From Candidatus Sericytochromatia bacterium (GTDB lineage Bacteria; Cyanobacteriota; Sericytochromatia; S15B-MN24; UBA4093): DNA of 64,000 nt. Numbering within the stretch: position 1 is the stretch's first letter; the number at the start of each line of letters is the position of its first letter. Of this stretch, positions 37,658 through 48,015 are shown in pieces. The DNA is taken from the NCBI GenBank assembly GCA_036676985.1, contig JAKFBU010000056.1, positions 160,001 through 224,000 of the forward strand, read 5' to 3'. The notes under the pieces were generated by a model. It was not told the DNA's origin and did no database searches. It saw only the letters and a program-made list of their open reading frames with translations. The translations under genes and the position numbers were made by a program.

Positions 37658-39228
37658 CAGGACCGCCTCCTCCGCCACCAGACGAACCCGCCCGCGAACA
37701 GCATGGCCGCCGGAGCGCCCGCCACCGTCGCCAGGAAGATGGTGTTCTGCTGCTGGTTGGTCAGGAACAGCTGCTTGGGAGCGTTGTCCTTGGCCGGGAT
37801 GGAGACCAGGTTGTCCTGCTCCGCCAGCCAGTTGACGCTGTTGACGAAGAAATCGCCGTTGCCCGCGCCCGAGTAGAAGCCGTTCGCGACGAACTGCGCG
37901 TTACCCACGGCCAACAGGCGGCTGGCCTTGACCGAGCCGGAGGCCGTGGTGGTCGCGGCCACCGCGAGCTTCACGGGGCCCTTCTTGTCGACGGCCGCGT
38001 TGAAGTCCGCGCTGCGGTCCTTGAGGTTGCGCTTGCTGAAGCTCATGTCGCTCGCCTCGGCGAGGCTCGTGACCGTCACTCCGCTGGGCGCCGTGCCCAA
38101 GGTCAGGGAGCGCGCCGCCGGGTAGATGGTCGGACGCAGGCCCTGGGTGATGGCGTGGGACGGGTAGGTCTGGACCACGGGCACCGCCGCATCCCCGAAG
38201 AGGTTGGCGCGCGGATCGACCACCAGGTCATTCTCCGCCGTGATGCCGTACTCCGAAAGGAGCTTCTCGAGGCCCGAGTTGGCGCCGGGAGCGAGCATCG
38301 CGTAGAGCTTGCCGCCCTTCTTGACGAACTCCTCGACCGTCTTGAGCTCCTGCGGCATGAGGGCCTGGCGGGGACCCGCCACCACCAGCACGTCGCAGTC
38401 CGCGGGGATCGTGTTCTTGGTCTCGAACAGGCTGAGCTTCTGGACCTTGTAGTTCTGCTTCTCCAGCGACTGCTTGGCCTGGCTCATGCCTTCCTGCTGG
38501 AAGCCGTCCATGTCGAGCTCGCCGTGGCCCGTGAGGAAGTAGACGTTGAGCTGCTTGGTCTGGGTCGCCTTGAGGATGGCGGCCGTGATCTCCTGCTCGG
38601 TGACGCCCTGGGCCTCGGTCAGCTTGCCGGCGTTCTCGACCATGAGGACGTTGGCGCGCTGCGACGCGGTCGGGTGCGACTCGAAGAAGAGCTTGACCTT
38701 GCCGGGCTCGCGGTCCGGATCGATCATCTCGAGCTTGAGCTTGTCGGTGACGTAGCCGTACTCGGCCATCAGGTCCTTGAGCTGGCGGCCCTGCTGGTCG
38801 CCGTTGCGGACGAAGGCCGTGAGCTTGAGCTCGTCCTTCAGGCCCTTGACGATCTGCTTGGACTGCGGCGACAGCGAGAACTGCTGGTTGCTCGTCAGGT
38901 CCGCCCGGTGGTGGTACCGGGTGCCGAACCAGTTGAGGAGCCCGATGATGGCGAGCACCGCGATGGTGAGCACCAGCGAGTTGGCGCCGTTCTGGGTGGT
39001 GCGCCGGCCCGCCATGTCCTTGAGGAAGTCCTTGTTCTGGACGCCCGAGCCGATGACGAAGAGGGCGATCGCGACGAAGCCGCCGTACCGCAGGCCCGTC
39101 ACCACGCTGAAGGGGACCTTGGGGAAGAAGTTGGCGATGATCAAGGCGCCGGCCAAAAAGGCGATCGCCAGGATCCCGATGATGGTGATGCCCCAGTCGA
39201 GGGCCTTGTTCTTTTGATTCGTCGACAT
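37657..39228 (-). CDS. GldG-family ABC auxiliary protein
   Basis: DLTSNQQFSLS, YFLTGHGE, NSVNWL. Confidence 0.85.
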   Translation of the reverse strand: MSTNQKNKALDWGITIIGILAIAFLAGALIIANFFPKVPFSVVTGLRYGGFVAIALFVIGSGVQNKDFLKDMAGRRTTQNGANSLVLTIAVLAIIGLLNWFGTRYHHRADLTSNQQFSLSPQSKQIVKGLKDELKLTAFVRNGDQQGRQLKDLMAEYGYVTDKLKLEMIDPDREPGKVKLFFESHPTASQRANVLMVENAGKLTEAQGVTEQEITAAILKATQTKQLNVYFLTGHGELDMDGFQQEGMSQAKQSLEKQNYKVQKLSLFETKNTIPADCDVLVVAGPRQALMPQELKTVEEFVKKGGKLYAMLAPGANSGLEKLLSEYGITAENDLVVDPRANLFGDAAVPVVQTYPSHAITQGLRPTIYPAARSLTLGTAPSGVTVTSLAEASDMSFSKRNLKDRSADFNAAVDKKGPVKLAVAATTTASGSVKASRLLAVGNAQFVANGFYSGAGNGDFFVNSVNWLAEQDNLVSIPAKDNAPKQLFLTNQQQNTIFLATVAGAPAAMLFAGGFVWWRRRRS

Positions 39229-39229
39229 G

Positions 39230-39940
39230 CTACCTCCAGCGATAGACCTCTACCGACCGGATGGTCAGGAAGAGGCACGCCACGATGAAGGACACGTAGA
39301 ACACCAGATCCGTGGTGTCGATGATCCCGCGCCCGAGATTCTGCTGGTGGCTGATGACCGAGACGTACTCGAGCACCGAGCCGGCCTGCTGACCCACCAC
39401 GCTGCTGCTGGCGGGCAGAAGCCAAATGACCAGGCTGATGGCAAACGTCGAGATGGCCGCGATGACCTGGTTGTTGGTCCACGACGAGGCCATGAGGCCC
39501 ACGGCGAGGAACGAGGCGCCGAGGAAGAACACCCCGACGTACCCCGTCACGATCGGCATCCAGTCCGGCTTGCCCACCCAGGCGAGGATGGCCGGGAAGA
39601 TGGCCGTCAGCGCCAGGAGGAAGACCAGATAGAGACAGGCGGCGAGGTACTTGCCCACCACGATGTCCACGTCGCGCACCGGCGCGGTCATGAGCAGTTC
39701 GACCGTGCCGCGCGAGCGCTCCTCGGCCAAGAGACGCATGGTCAGGGCCGGCGTGATGAGCAGGAAGACCACCGCGAGGTTCTCGAAGAGCCCGCGCATG
39801 CTCGCCTCGCGCGAGCCGAAGAGGATGAGCGAGAACAGGTAGCCGCTCACCAAGAGGAACAACGCGCCGACCACGTAGGCCAGCGGCGAAACGAAGTACG
39901 AGCGCAACTCGCGCCCGGCGATCGCCCAGAGCTTACCCAT
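39230..39940 (-). CDS. GldF-like ABC permease
   Basis: RELRSYFVSPLAY, MRLLAEERSRGTVELL. Confidence 0.85.
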   Translation of the reverse strand: MGKLWAIAGRELRSYFVSPLAYVVGALFLLVSGYLFSLILFGSREASMRGLFENLAVVFLLITPALTMRLLAEERSRGTVELLMTAPVRDVDIVVGKYLAACLYLVFLLALTAIFPAILAWVGKPDWMPIVTGYVGVFFLGASFLAVGLMASSWTNNQVIAAISTFAISLVIWLLPASSSVVGQQAGSVLEYVSVISHQQNLGRGIIDTTDLVFYVSFIVACLFLTIRSVEVYRWR

Positions 39941-40910
39941 GGATGGCCATCTCCTCCTTTTGCTCGCTGGTCGCAGCGTCGGTGGTCGTCAGCTTGAGGA
40001 AGATCTCCTCCAGCGAGAGGCCGACCGACTTGAGCTCGACCAGACCCCAGCCCGCGCCGACGATCTCGGCGGCGACCCGCTCGCGCAGGTCGACGTCGCT
40101 GCCGGTGTCCAGCGTGACGGCGACGAGCTCGCCGTCGCCCCGGGCCACCACGTCCAGCTTGTTGACGCCGTGCAGGGTGCCGAGCCGCTCGGTGACGGCA
40201 TCCTGGGGACCGCGGACCTCGGCGAGGATCCGGCGGCTGCCGCGCAGCTGGCTCTCGAGCTCCTGGGGCGCGCCCTCGGCGACCACCTTGCCGCCGTTGA
40301 TGATGAGCACGCGGCTGCAGGTGTTCTGGACCTCGGGCAGGATGTGGGTGCTCAGGATGACCGTGTGGTCATTGGCGAAGCCCCGGATCAGCTGGCGGAT
40401 CTGGATGATCTGCTTGGGGTCGAGGCCGTTGGTCGGCTCGTCCAGGACGATGACGGGCGGGTTGTGGATCAGGGCCTGAGCCAGACCCACACGCTGCTGG
40501 AAGCCCTTGGAAAGGTGTCCGATGAGCTTGTTCGGGACCTCGGTGAGCCAGCACTTCTCGAGGGCGATCGCGACCGCCTCCTTGACCTTGCGGCCCTCGA
40601 CGCCGCGCAGGCGGGCGACGAAGGCGAGGTAGTCGGTGACGCTCATCTCGGGGTACAGCGGCGGATTCTCCGGCATGTATCCCATCAGCGACTTGGCCTT
40701 GAGCGAGTCGGTGGCCATGTCGTGCCCGCCAATGGTCACCTTGCCGCTCGAGGGCGTCAGGTAACCGGTGAGCATCTTCATCGTGGTCGATTTGCCGGCG
40801 CCGTTGGGTCCCAAGAAGCCCAGGATCTCGCCCTTTTGGACGTGAAACGAGACGTCTTGGACCACGAGGCGATCGGCGTACCGCTTGGTTAAGTTTTCGA
40901 CGACGATCAT
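39933..40910 (-). CDS. GldA-like ABC ATPase
   Basis: GPNGAGKS, LSKGFQQR, LDEP, STHILPEV. Confidence 0.92.
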   Translation of the reverse strand: MIVVENLTKRYADRLVVQDVSFHVQKGEILGFLGPNGAGKSTTMKMLTGYLTPSSGKVTIGGHDMATDSLKAKSLMGYMPENPPLYPEMSVTDYLAFVARLRGVEGRKVKEAVAIALEKCWLTEVPNKLIGHLSKGFQQRVGLAQALIHNPPVIVLDEPTNGLDPKQIIQIRQLIRGFANDHTVILSTHILPEVQNTCSRVLIINGGKVVAEGAPQELESQLRGSRRILAEVRGPQDAVTERLGTLHGVNKLDVVARGDGELVAVTLDTGSDVDLRERVAAEIVGAGWGLVELKSVGLSLEEIFLKLTTTDAATSEQKEEMAIHG

Positions 40911-41317
40911 GTCGAAGCTGTCCTCCATCGGTGCGTGATCGGCCGGGGCACCCCCTTGGGTGCACCAGATTGCGTTGGACCGTCTGTGCGGGGAAAAAGT
41001 CCCGCGACCTCTATGCCCACTGCATGGTAGGCGGCAAGCAAGTGCCACGAGGCGAAAGTTGCGTCATCCTACCATACCGGTCATAGCCCCGCCACGTCAG
41101 GAGCCCAACAGCGGCCACTGGCATTGGACCTTAACCGCACCTTGAAAGTTCCCTTAAAAACCCTTGATCTTTTTGACCGATGCGCCGGGGCGCCGAGACG
41201 TTCTCTAGGCAAATCGGCGAGGGTGGCACCCGGCCCCCGAAAGGCAAGCCCGCCGCTGGCGGGCCCGATAATCCGGTAGGCCCGACCGGGCCCACGCATC
41301 GATTGAGAGGATCCCGC

Positions 41318-41668
41318 ATGCTGACGATAAACGCCGCGGCTCAGCCCGTCTCCACGCCCCGTTCGGCCGCCCAGGCTCCCGGACCGTCCACCGTCTCCGC
41401 CTTCCGCGCGGACTCCCTGCAGCTCTCGCGTCGGACGCCGCCACCCGAGGTGCGTCCCACGTCCCTCGGTCCCGGCGCCAAGATCGCCCTGCTCGCCGCA
41501 CCCGTCGTCGCGGGCGCGGGCATCGGCTTTGCCGTGGGCGGCCCCCTCGGGGCCCTCGCGGGCGCCGGCATCGGCGCCCTGGTCTCGGTGGTCGGACTCT
41601 GGTGGGCCATGACCGACAAGCCCTGGGGAAACAAGCCTGACGTTCCGCCCGACCCGCCCCAGCCCTAG
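41318..41668 (+). CDS. Small glycine-zipper membrane protein
   Basis: GAGIGFAVGGPLGALAGAGIG; GAGG RBS. Confidence 0.65.
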   Translation: MLTINAAAQPVSTPRSAAQAPGPSTVSAFRADSLQLSRRTPPPEVRPTSLGPGAKIALLAAPVVAGAGIGFAVGGPLGALAGAGIGALVSVVGLWWAMTDKPWGNKPDVPPDPPQP

Positions 41669-41681
41669 GTCTCCAAACCAA

Positions 41682-41714
41682 ACGACCCGCCGGATCTTCG
41701 GTCCGGCGGGTCGT
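41682..41714. terminator. Terminator between convergent genes
   Basis: 13-bp stem ACGACCCGCCGGA/TCCGGCGGGTCGT. Confidence 0.75.
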
Positions 41715-41725
41715 CGTCTTGGTCC

Positions 41726-43150
41726 CTACAGGCTGGCGGGGAAGGTCGTCGTGAGCGCCTTGCGCACGTTCACGCGCCCGTAGCCGTATTTGGTGTCCTT
41801 GCCGGGTGCTCCCAGGTCGTCCGCGGTGGCGGCCAGGTGCGCCTTGACCGCGTCGTAGAAGGCGGCGTCTTTTCGCTGGTAGGTCGGGTCATTTCTGGCG
41901 ATCACGAGCGCCGCCAGGCCCGAGACGTACGGACAGGCCATGGAGGTCCCGCTCATGGTCGCATAGCCACCCTGATCCAGGGGGAAGGTGGACATGATGC
42001 TGCCGCCCGGGGCCGAAACGTCGATGCGATCGCCCCGGTTGGAGTAGCCCGAGAGCCACTCCCAGATGCGATCGCCCAGCTGGTAGGGGCTCGTGGACGA
42101 GACGGCGACGCAGTACGCCGAGTTGGCGGGAGCGGCGACCTCGCCGCCCTCGTTGCCCGCGGCCACCACCACGAGCACCCCGCGCTTTCGCGCCTCGGTG
42201 AAGGCGTGGTCGTAGAGGGGGCTGCGCCCATGGTAGGCGTAACCCAGGCTCATGCTGATGACCCGGGTGCGCAGATCCTCCTGGCCTGCGGGCAGCTCGG
42301 CGCGGTAGCCGTCGTCGTCCTGTCCGTCGTCGTCCGCGTCCAAGCCGAGCGCGTAGCTGAAGGCCCTCAGGATGTCGAAGTCCGTGCCGCCCTCTTCGCC
42401 GAGGACCTTGAGGGGCATCAGCTTGACGTCCCAGGCCACGCCCGCGACGCCCATGTCGTTGTGGCCGGTCGCCCCGATGATCCCCGCCACGTGCGTGCCG
42501 TGACCGTCCATGTCGGGCGCCCCGGTGAGGTACGGAACCTCCTCGCTGGGCGTGGCCGTGAAGTCGCGGGGCAACACGACCCGCCCGGCGAACTCCGGGT
42601 GGGTCACGTCGAGCCCGGTGTCCAGGACGGCCACGATGAGCTTGCTCGCATCGACGACCCGCGCGGGATCCGTGCTCTTCCAGAGATCGAGGGCCTCGGT
42701 CTGGCGATGGGACCACTGCCGGTCGACGTAAACATCGTCGGGGGCGACGTAGCTCGTAGACTTGCGGTGCTTCCAGTTGAGCGAGATCGTCCCGACACCC
42801 TTGCGGACCCGGAGGGTCTCGTAGGCCCCCGAAAGGCCCATGCCCTGAGGCAGCTTCACCCGGACGATCCGGCTCCCCAGGGCGAGCTGGCCCGTCCGCT
42901 CGAAGCCCGCCAGGACCTGATCCCGGTCGGCCTCGTCCGAAAGCTGGATCAACAGCTCATTCGGCCGGTAGCTGCCGGCCGGCACGGTCGCTCCGCCCGT
43001 GAGGGACGCGGGCACGGCCTGCTCGGCGGCGGGTTGGTTCGTCACGCTGATGCCGAAACCGGTCGGGGTGCCGGCGGGCACCTGCTGACAGCCCATGGCC
43101 AGTCCCAGCGCGAGGGCTCCCGTGATCATCGAAAGTCGGCGGTTCATCAC
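41726..43150 (-). CDS. S8 subtilisin-like serine protease lipoprotein
   Basis: VLDTG, HGTHVAG, AAGN, GTSMA; lipobox AMGC. Confidence 0.93.
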   Translation of the reverse strand: MMNRRLSMITGALALGLAMGCQQVPAGTPTGFGISVTNQPAAEQAVPASLTGGATVPAGSYRPNELLIQLSDEADRDQVLAGFERTGQLALGSRIVRVKLPQGMGLSGAYETLRVRKGVGTISLNWKHRKSTSYVAPDDVYVDRQWSHRQTEALDLWKSTDPARVVDASKLIVAVLDTGLDVTHPEFAGRVVLPRDFTATPSEEVPYLTGAPDMDGHGTHVAGIIGATGHNDMGVAGVAWDVKLMPLKVLGEEGGTDFDILRAFSYALGLDADDDGQDDDGYRAELPAGQEDLRTRVISMSLGYAYHGRSPLYDHAFTEARKRGVLVVVAAGNEGGEVAAPANSAYCVAVSSTSPYQLGDRIWEWLSGYSNRGDRIDVSAPGGSIMSTFPLDQGGYATMSGTSMACPYVSGLAALVIARNDPTYQRKDAAFYDAVKAHLAATADDLGAPGKDTKYGYGRVNVRKALTTTFPASL

Positions 43151-43156
43151 GTCCTC

Positions 43157-44305
43157 CTAAGGCCGGAACACGTCCATGGACCGCAGCTGGCGGTTCTGGG
43201 CGTCGTAGCCCCCCATGGCGTAAAGTCGCTCCCCGAGGGCCGAGAGCGCCAGGTGGACGCGTGGCAAGGGCATGGGCGCCTTGAGCGTCCATGCGTTGGT
43301 CGCGGGATCGTACTCCTCGACCGAGTCCAGGACCTTGCCGGTGCTGTCCACGCCGCCCGCGACATACCACTTGCCGTTCAGGACGGCCGAGCCGAAGGAG
43401 TGGCGCGGGACGTTGAGGGAAGCGAGCGGGGTCCCGCCGGGCGTCGCCGTGCCCCACTCTCCGGCGGAGTAGCAGACCATGCTGGAGGTCGCGATGGCCG
43501 TACCGCTGGTCGGCAGGACACTGTAACCGCCCACCGCATAGATCCGCTGGTCGAGGACGGCCGCCCCGAGTCCCGCCCGCGGACTGGGCAGGTCCGGCTT
43601 GAGGTAGAGCTCCTCGCTCAGGGTGGAGAAGGCGTAGACATCCGCGGCAGGGACCGGATCGCCGCCCCCCGGCGGCGCCATCAGGCCGCCGACGAGGTAG
43701 AGGACGCCGTTCAGGTTCACCGCGCCGTTCGCCATCCGGGCGAACTTGGCATCCTGGTAGTAGGGGGACCATAGGTCCAGCCACGTGGCGGCTTCGGGAT
43801 CGTAGATGTCCAGCAAGGGCTGGAGGCGGTTCGAGGTCCCGCCCACGTAGAAGAGTCGACCGCTCGCCACGATGGCGGAGCCGAAGTAGCGGGTCCGGTT
43901 CGGGGCGTAGGACCCGTACTCGGGGCTTGCCGTCGTGCCGAGGGGCTGGAGCTGCCAGTCATCCGTTTGCGGGTCGTAGAGCTCCATGGTCGCTTCTCCG
44001 TCACCCCCGATGACGTAGAGGCGGCCGTTCAAGGCGCCGGCCGAAAGGCCCACCCGCTCGTGTGCCATGGGGCTGCCGACCGTCCAGGAGTTGGCGGGCA
44101 TGCCCGCGTGAGCCACGTTGAGCGCCATCAAGTTCGCCGCAGCGGGGGTGGTACTGCCCGTTGCGGCCGCGCTGCCCGTTGCGACCGAGCTGCCCGGCGC
44201 GGGCGTTGCGCCCGTGGCCCCCGGAAGGTTCGCGATGCCCGGACAGCCGGCCAAGAGGCCGACACTTGCGACGAGGGCGCCCCGGAAGAGGTGTGAATGC
44301 TTCAT
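43157..44305 (-). CDS. Kelch-repeat lipoprotein
   Basis: Six LYxxGG...YDP..W blades; lipobox LAGC. Confidence 0.88.
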   Translation of the reverse strand: MKHSHLFRGALVASVGLLAGCPGIANLPGATGATPAPGSSVATGSAAATGSTTPAAANLMALNVAHAGMPANSWTVGSPMAHERVGLSAGALNGRLYVIGGDGEATMELYDPQTDDWQLQPLGTTASPEYGSYAPNRTRYFGSAIVASGRLFYVGGTSNRLQPLLDIYDPEAATWLDLWSPYYQDAKFARMANGAVNLNGVLYLVGGLMAPPGGGDPVPAADVYAFSTLSEELYLKPDLPSPRAGLGAAVLDQRIYAVGGYSVLPTSGTAIATSSMVCYSAGEWGTATPGGTPLASLNVPRHSFGSAVLNGKWYVAGGVDSTGKVLDSVEEYDPATNAWTLKAPMPLPRVHLALSALGERLYAMGGYDAQNRQLRSMDVFRP

Positions 44306-44317
44306 GGCCGCGACCTC

Positions 44318-46069
44318 CTAAAACGCCAGCGTCTCGACGGACGCGCGCAGGGACACGTCGTCGTAGGCGAAGTAGCCGTCATTGCCGCCGGCGATGACGA
44401 GCTTGCCGTTCAGCTCGCCGACGGCCGCGTGGCCGCGGGCCTCCTTCAGCATGGGCCGCACGCTCCAGGTGTCGGTGGCGACGTCGTAGACCTCGACATT
44501 GGCGAGCGCCTGCCCGGAGGCATTGATGCCACCCATGACGTAGACCTTGCCGTCCTTGACCCACGAGAAGGCGCCGTGACGGGCGGTGGGCATGGGCGCG
44601 AGCTCCCGCATGGTCGCCTTCACCGGATCGTAAACCTCTACTCGGTGCATGAGCGTGTCGTCGCCGTGGGCCCCGCCGAAGACGTAGAGCTTGCCGCCGA
44701 CCGCCGCCACGGTGGTGCCGTAGCGGGCGAAGCGCAGTTGCGGCTCAGCCTCATCCGCGCCGAACTCCTGCCACTCGGTGGCGCTGCCGTCGAGGGGGAG
44801 CTTGTAGATGGACCAGTCGGCGACCGAGCCGGCCATGCCGGAGGTCATGTAGAGGCTGTCGCCGATGCAGGCCGCCGCTCCCACGTAGGTCCGGTACTTG
44901 ATCTCGGGCAGGTTGGTGGACCAGGTGCCGGTGGTCGCGTCGTAGACCTGTACCAGCTTCGACGCCCCCAGGGGTGCGAAGCCGCCCATGACGTAGAGCT
45001 TGTTGCCGTTGACGGTGTAGGCCGAATGCGAGACGGGCGTGGGCATGGCCGACCTGGTGGCCCAGGTCGTGCCGTCGAAGACGAGCACGCTGTCGGTGGA
45101 GGCATTGGATCCGACGTTCGGCAGCGAGCCGCCGGCCACCATCAGGACGCGCTTGCCGTCCACCGTGAGGACGCCCGAGGCCGCGCCGCCGCGCGGCTGC
45201 GGAAGCGACTGGGCCAAGACCTGAGCCGTGGAAAAGTTCAGCTCGACCTGCTGGTTGGATGCGAGATCGACGCTGATGGGGCCCACCCGAAGGCTGCCCG
45301 CTCTCCCGTAGAGCTGCCAGGTGCCCGGCTTGACGGGCTGTACGTTCAAGGTCCCGTTGCCGAGGCCCGACTGCTTGGGCGAGACGGGGTCGTTGACCCA
45401 GACGCTCGCCTGGAGGTTCTCGGGCAGGCCCGAGACCTTGACCGTCAAGGCCGTCGGACTTTGGACCAGGGCCGTGGTCGTGACGTCCAGCTGAGAGAGC
45501 TGGCCTCCGTTCTGAAGGAGGCGCTCGGCGATCGCCGCCCCGTCGATCAGGCCGAAGTGCGGCACCCGCTGCGCCTGCTTGATCGCGTCGATCGTGCGCT
45601 GGACCTGGAAGGCGTCGAGCGTCCTCGCGAGGTCCGATCCGGCCTGCTGCAAGGCCTCGAAGACATCCCCACCGACGCTCGAGGCGAGCGACACGACGGC
45701 CAGATTCGAGCCCTCGCCCAGCGTGAGCGCTGTCCGGAGGCGCCCGCCCGGGATGGGCTGGCCGGCCTCGTCCAGTGTCTCGAGGGTAACGACGCGGTTG
45801 GGCCCCATGGGCACGCCCGAGAGGGTGATCGACGTCGTCTCGCCGCTAATGGGGGCGACCTGGACCAGGGGGGACGCCATGCCGGGTCCGGTGACCGACA
45901 CCCGCGCCGTGGCGCCGGGCATCAGATACTGAAGCTGACGCTGGCTCGGGTACAGCCCGGCCATCGAGAGCTGCAAGGTCGTGGTCTTGAGGGTGGCGGG
46001 AGCGGGCGCGAGGGCGCAACCGGCCACCACGAGGCCGGCAGCGAGGAACACCTTGAGGAACTGCGGCAT
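44318..46069 (-). CDS. Lipoprotein with N-terminal beta-rich domains and C-terminal Kelch propeller
   Basis: Lipobox VAGC; Kelch blades. Confidence 0.85.
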   Translation of the reverse strand: MPQFLKVFLAAGLVVAGCALAPAPATLKTTTLQLSMAGLYPSQRQLQYLMPGATARVSVTGPGMASPLVQVAPISGETTSITLSGVPMGPNRVVTLETLDEAGQPIPGGRLRTALTLGEGSNLAVVSLASSVGGDVFEALQQAGSDLARTLDAFQVQRTIDAIKQAQRVPHFGLIDGAAIAERLLQNGGQLSQLDVTTTALVQSPTALTVKVSGLPENLQASVWVNDPVSPKQSGLGNGTLNVQPVKPGTWQLYGRAGSLRVGPISVDLASNQQVELNFSTAQVLAQSLPQPRGGAASGVLTVDGKRVLMVAGGSLPNVGSNASTDSVLVFDGTTWATRSAMPTPVSHSAYTVNGNKLYVMGGFAPLGASKLVQVYDATTGTWSTNLPEIKYRTYVGAAACIGDSLYMTSGMAGSVADWSIYKLPLDGSATEWQEFGADEAEPQLRFARYGTTVAAVGGKLYVFGGAHGDDTLMHRVEVYDPVKATMRELAPMPTARHGAFSWVKDGKVYVMGGINASGQALANVEVYDVATDTWSVRPMLKEARGHAAVGELNGKLVIAGGNDGYFAYDDVSLRASVETLAF

Positions 46070-46215
46070 TGGCACGTCTCCGCTGAAGCGCATGCGAGCG
46101 AGGGCTATATCATCATATCCCATGCTTGTCATTTCTTCACAAAACTCCGGGTCAGCATGCCAGAACGCAACGCGCCAGCCCAAGCGGGCTGGCGCGTTGC
46201 GACGTGATGAAAGAG

Positions 46216-46398
46216 CTAGAGGCCGTACCTGGAAGGCAACAGGTCGGGGGCCGAGACCCCCACGGTGGTGCCGACGAGCTCGTTGCGAGCCGCCCAGCCC
46301 CAGGGGTGCAGGGGCTCTGCAACCTTGACCTGCACCTCGGCCTCCAGGTAGACCGACAGGGCGGCGGCGATGGCCGCGACTTGTTTCTCGGTGGCCAT
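46216..46398 (-). CDS. Acyl-CoA carboxylase epsilon-like small subunit
   Basis: MATEKQVAAIAAAL...WGWAAR immediately after the beta subunit. Confidence 0.65.
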   Translation of the reverse strand: MATEKQVAAIAAALSVYLEAEVQVKVAEPLHPWGWAARNELVGTTVGVSAPDLLPSRYGL

Positions 46399-46400
46399 GG

Positions 46401-47969
46401 CTACAGCGGGATGTTGCCGTGCTTGCGGCGCGGGCGCTCGACGCGCTTGTTGCGCAGCATCTGCAGGGCGTCGATGAGGCGGGGCCGGGTCTCGGCCGGG
46501 TCGATCACGTCGTCGAGGAAGCCGCGCTCGGCCGCCACGTAGGGGTTGGCGAAGCGCTGGCGGTACTCGGTGATGAGCTCGTCGCGACGGCTCGGGTCCG
46601 CCGCGAGCTCCCGGCGGTACAGGAGGTTGATGGCCCCCTCGGCGCCCATGACCGCGATTTCGGCCGAGGGCCAGGCGAAGTTGACGTCCGTGCGCACGTG
46701 CTTGGAGCCGAGCACGTCGTAGGCCCCACCGTAAGCCTTGCGGGTGATGACCGTGAGCTTGGGGACCGTCGCCTCGCAGTAGGCGTAGAGGAGCTTGGCC
46801 CCGTGACGGATGATGCCGCCGTACTCCTGGTTCTTGCCGGGGAAGTAGCCGGGCACGTCCTCGAAGGTGACGATGGGGATGTTGAAGGCGTCGCAGAAGC
46901 GCACGAAGCGCGCGCCCTTGACCGAGGCGTTGATGTCGAGCGTGCCCGCCATCTGGCTCGGCTGGTTCGCCACGATGCCCACCGTCTGCCCGCCCAGGCG
47001 CGCGAAGGTGGTGATGAGGTTGGGGGCGAAGTGCGGCTGGATCTCGAACAGCTCGCCGTCGTCGACCACCAGGCCGATAAGCTCCTTCATGTCGTAGGGC
47101 TTGTTGGGGGCGTCCGGGATGATGTCGCGCAGGCGCTGCTCGGTGCGGTTGGCCGGGTCCGCCGTCGGGTGGATGGGCGCCTCCTCCAGGTTGTTGGAGG
47201 GCAGGAACGAGAGCAGGTACCGGATGTGCTCCAGGCACTCATCCTCGTTCGGGTACATGAGGTGCGCCACGCCCGAGGTACGGTTGTGGACGCCCGCGCC
47301 GCCCAGGTCCTCCTGCGTGATCTCCTCGCCAGTCACCGTCTTCACGATGTCCGGACCCGTGATGAACATGTAGCTGGTGTCCTGGACCATGGCGATGAAG
47401 TCCGTCATGGCGGGCGAGTAGACGGCCCCGCCCGCGCACGGGCCCATGATGACCGAGATCTGCGGAATGACGCCCGAGGCCTGGACGTTGCGGTAGAAGA
47501 TTTCCGCGTAGCCCGCCAGGCTCTCGACGCCCTCCTGGATGCGGGCGCCGCCCGAGTCGTTGAGGCCGATGACCGGAGCCCCCGTCTTGAGGGCCAGGTC
47601 CATGATCTTGCAGATCTTCTCGGCGTAGACCTCGCCCAGGCTGCCGCCCCAGACCGTGAAGTCCTGGCTGAAGACGTAGACGAGACGGCCGTCGATCTTG
47701 CCGTAGCCCGTCACGACGCCGTCGCCGGGGACCTTCTTCTCCTCCATGCCGAAGTTGTAGCAGCGGTGGGTCCGAAAGCGGTCCGTCTCGACGAAGGTGC
47801 CCGGATCCAGGAGCAGCTCGAGGCGCTCGCGCGCCGTCAGCTTGCCGCGCTCATGCTGCTTCTCGACGGCAGCGGGACCGCCGCCCTGCCGGGAAGCCTC
47901 CTGGCGCTCCTTGAGCTCCTCGAGCTTCTGGTCCATGGTCGGGTCGGTCGGCCTGGTCAGTTCCTTCAC
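46401..47969 (-). CDS. Acyl-CoA carboxyltransferase beta subunit (PccB/MmdA family)
   Basis: [45 protein letters not shown]. Confidence 0.93.
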   Translation of the reverse strand: MKELTRPTDPTMDQKLEELKERQEASRQGGGPAAVEKQHERGKLTARERLELLLDPGTFVETDRFRTHRCYNFGMEEKKVPGDGVVTGYGKIDGRLVYVFSQDFTVWGGSLGEVYAEKICKIMDLALKTGAPVIGLNDSGGARIQEGVESLAGYAEIFYRNVQASGVIPQISVIMGPCAGGAVYSPAMTDFIAMVQDTSYMFITGPDIVKTVTGEEITQEDLGGAGVHNRTSGVAHLMYPNEDECLEHIRYLLSFLPSNNLEEAPIHPTADPANRTEQRLRDIIPDAPNKPYDMKELIGLVVDDGELFEIQPHFAPNLITTFARLGGQTVGIVANQPSQMAGTLDINASVKGARFVRFCDAFNIPIVTFEDVPGYFPGKNQEYGGIIRHGAKLLYAYCEATVPKLTVITRKAYGGAYDVLGSKHVRTDVNFAWPSAEIAVMGAEGAINLLYRRELAADPSRRDELITEYRQRFANPYVAAERGFLDDVIDPAETRPRLIDALQMLRNKRVERPRRKHGNIPL

Positions 47970-48015
47970 TTCTCCGTCCTTCTGGGCCCTCGTCGCAAAG
48001 GGCCGAATCGTCTCG

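Noticed and set aside
37070-40910. Gliding motility machinery
   Set aside because: GldA/F/G-DUF4340 ABC modules are widespread outside gliding bacteria; no other gld or T9SS genes in the window
41034-41047. Sigma54-like TGGCAC...TTGC upstream of the gldA-like gene (minus strand)
   Set aside because: GG-GC spacing is 9 nt instead of the required 10
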